The translations under genes were made by a program, and so were the position numbers. DNA of 64,000 bases from Squalus acanthias (lineage: Eukaryota): the NCBI GenBank assembly GCA_030390025.1, contig JASTWF010000033.1:62001-126000 (forward strand). The letters are read 5' to 3'. Of the stretch, positions 61,241 to 64,000 are shown piece after piece. Numbering within the stretch: the first letter of the stretch is position 1; every line of letters begins with the position of its first letter. The notes under the pieces were generated by a model. The model had not been told where the DNA came from. It was given only the letters and a program-made list of their open reading frames with translations, and did not search any database.

Positions 61241-62029
61241 AAAATAGCCCCAGCCTGTTCAGTCTTTCCTGACAGGTATAACCTCTCAGTTCTGGTATCA
61301 TTCTAGTAAATACTCTCTGTACTTTCGCCAGTCCCTCTATGTCCTTTTTATAAGATGGAGACCATGTTCACAGTACACCAAGTGTGGTCTAACCAAGGTT
61401 CCATACAAGTTTAACATAACTTCTATTCTTTACAATTCTACCCCTCTAGAAATGAACCCCAGTGCTTTCTTTGTTTTTATGGCCTTATCAACCTGCATTG
61501 CATTTTTTAGTGATTTATGTAACTGTATCCTCACATCGCTCTGTCCCTCAACCCCGTTTAGAACTTATTCTCCAAGGAGTCTGTGACCTCCGTATTCTTC
61601 CTATTAAAATGCACTACCTCGCATTTCTCTATATTGAGGTTAATTTGCCAGTTACACACCCATTCTGCAAGTTTATTAACGTCCTCCTGTATTTTGTCGC
61701 AGTCCTCCTCTATATTAAGTATAAACCCCCATTTGGGTGGCATCCACAATGTTTGAAATTGCACTTCCGATTCCTGAATCCTAATTGTTGAAGTAAATGG
61801 TGAACAAAAGTGTTGCCAGCACCGATCCTTGTGAAACACCACTTCCCACCACTGGCCAACTTCACTTCTTTTGAATTCTATTGCCTTAGAAATAAACCCC
61901 AATTCATTGTTAACGTTTTAATTGCTTTGCTGTTCAGTGATACTGCTTTTAATTATTTGCTCACCTTTATCCCGAGAGCCCTTTTCTCTTCTGCCACGTT
62001 CAGTTTCTTATTTTCTAAGGTATCGGTGA

Positions 62030-63660
62030 TTATAGAATCATGGAATGATACAGCACAGAAGGATGCCATTCGGCCCACCGTACCTGTGCTGGCTCTTTGG
62101 TAGAGCTGTCCAATTAATTCCACTCCTCTGCTCTTTCCACAGTATTTTATTTTATCTCAAGTATTTTTTCCAAATCCCCCTTGAAAGTTACTATTGAATC
62201 TGCTTCCACCGCCCTTTCAGGCAGCGCATTCCAGATCACAACAACTCGCTGTGTAAAACAAAAGCTTCCTCATGTTGTCTCGGGTTCTTTTGCCAATCAC
62301 ATTAAATCTGTGTCATCTGGTTACCGACCCCACTTCCACTGGAAACAGTTGTTCCTTAAGTACTCTATTAAATCTATGTAGTCTTCAGAACACCTCTATC
62401 AAATCTCCTCTTAACCTTCTCTGCTCTAATCACAACAACCCCAGCTTCTCCAGTCTCTCCACATAACTGAAGTCCCTTGTCTCTGGTACCATTCTAGTAA
62501 ATCTCTTCTGCACACGCTCCAAGGCCTTGACATTTTCCTAAAGTGTGGTGTCCAGAATTGGACACAATGCTGCAGCTGAAGCCTAATCAGTGCTTTATAA
62601 TATTTTCGCATAACTTCATTGCTTTTGTACTCTACTGCTTTTTAATAAAGCGAATGATCCCGTATGCTTTATTAATATACTTCTCAAATTGTCCGGCCGC
62701 ATTCAAAGATTAGTGTACATACATGCCTAGGTCCCTCTGTTCCTGCACTCCCTTTATAGTTACACCATTGAGATCACATTGCCTCTCCTCATTTTTCACT
62801 TCATAATTCTCTGTGATCAATAGTATCTGCCCAGTGACTGCCTAATTGAATCACAGTTCGGGCTATGCTGTAAGCAAAGGGATTGGATTCCGAAAGAAAC
62901 GCCATCAGAGAAGTGTAGGATCATGTCAGGGAGGTCTCTGAAACTCTCAATCCCTCCAGCCTGAGGAGCAGTTTATAAGGGTAAAGACCCTGCCAAATGT
63001 TCTTGGCATTTAGTCTCTTGATTTCGGCTCCAATTATATTTTATTCTGCTAATGGAAAATATGCCAGTAAACTGGGTAAGGAGATAACTTTATATGCAGG
63101 AATGAGGGTCAGTTAGAAGGTGTTGCATGAATGACTTTTAAACCGATGGTCAGCCAGGAGCGTATTGAATGGTGGAGTAGGTTTGAAGGGCCGAATGGCC
63201 AATTCCTGCTCCTATTGCTTATGTTCTCTTGTTGTCCAGTCAGTCTACGTCCTCCTGAAGTCTGTTACTATCCTCCTCATTGTGTGCTACATTTCCGAGT
63301 TTTGATGCCCTGTATACCCAACTATAGGTCATTAAAATATATCAAAGAGAGTACTGGTCCTAATAGCGACCCCTGGGGAACACCTCTGTATAATTCCCTC
63401 CAGACTGAAAAACAACCGACCACCACTACTCTCTGCTTTCTGACCCTTAGCCAATTTGGTATCCATGCTGCCCTGTCCTATTAATCGCAAGGAATACAAT
63501 TTTATGAACAGTTATGTCATGTGGTACTTTGTCAAACGCCTTTTGAAAGTCCATAGACACAACATCAACCGCACTACCCTCATGATGTCATATTTTCCTA
63601 CCAAAGTGCATCACCTCGCGTTCATCTCTGTTAATGGTCACTTGTCACTTAACTGCGCAG
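62030..63660 (-). mobile_element. Degenerate CR1 fragments
   Basis: YKALIRLQLQHCVQFWTPHF and other RT remnants; plus-strand tail at ~63145-63230. Confidence 0.8.
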
Positions 63661-64000
63661 TCTGTACGTTTTCTAATGTCTATTGTGAGATGTCATGTAG
63701 AGAAATGTCTTTTCAATTTTGGAAGCAAAGCATCAGTGTATTGAATAAAAAAACAATAATAATTAATAAAGGCAGCCATCTAAAACTGTGTGTGGTTTTG
63801 GAACTTTATCAGAAAATCTGAGGATTTATTGCAAAGTAAACTCTTGGCTTCTCACATTGCACCACTGCTTTTTGAAGAAGTTGGTGAAGATATTATTTAT
63901 TTCGAATAACAGAAGCGCTCTCCTGTTTGCTTCAGGCTCCCTTTTTGACTTCCGATATATGCATCGAACATCGTAAACTCCTCTACACCCCATCTAATAG

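Overview
Eukaryotic, repeat-dense vertebrate DNA. The repeat families and gene types point to a cartilaginous fish (shark); this is inference. Most of the window is CR1-clade LINE fragments, often nested. There are also L2 fragments, a tRNA-derived V-type SINE, a Harbinger transposase remnant, two Penelope-like (RT + GIY-YIG) elements, two short Penelope-derived insertions and five kinds of tandem array (39, 21, ~45, 18 and 82-84 bp units). Two host genes are recognisable, both on + and both carrying lesions. (1) The first four coding exons (22073-32340) of an NLR-type gene encode only the N-terminal CARD-like domain, with an in-frame TAA and no NACHT/LRR exons in the window. (2) A two-exon GPR139-like class A GPCR (41804-55996) has a TATA box, a 13.2-kb intron and a single +1 frameshift. 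The NLR upstream region has an inverted paralog at 715-3336, and a ~300-nt non-coding exon-like module occurs three times. Four minimal hammerhead-ribozyme motifs lie in Penelope terminal repeats, and there are two long fold-back hairpins. I found no CRISPR, rRNA or true tRNA, and no clearly new protein system. Coordinates were read by eye and TE boundaries are approximate.
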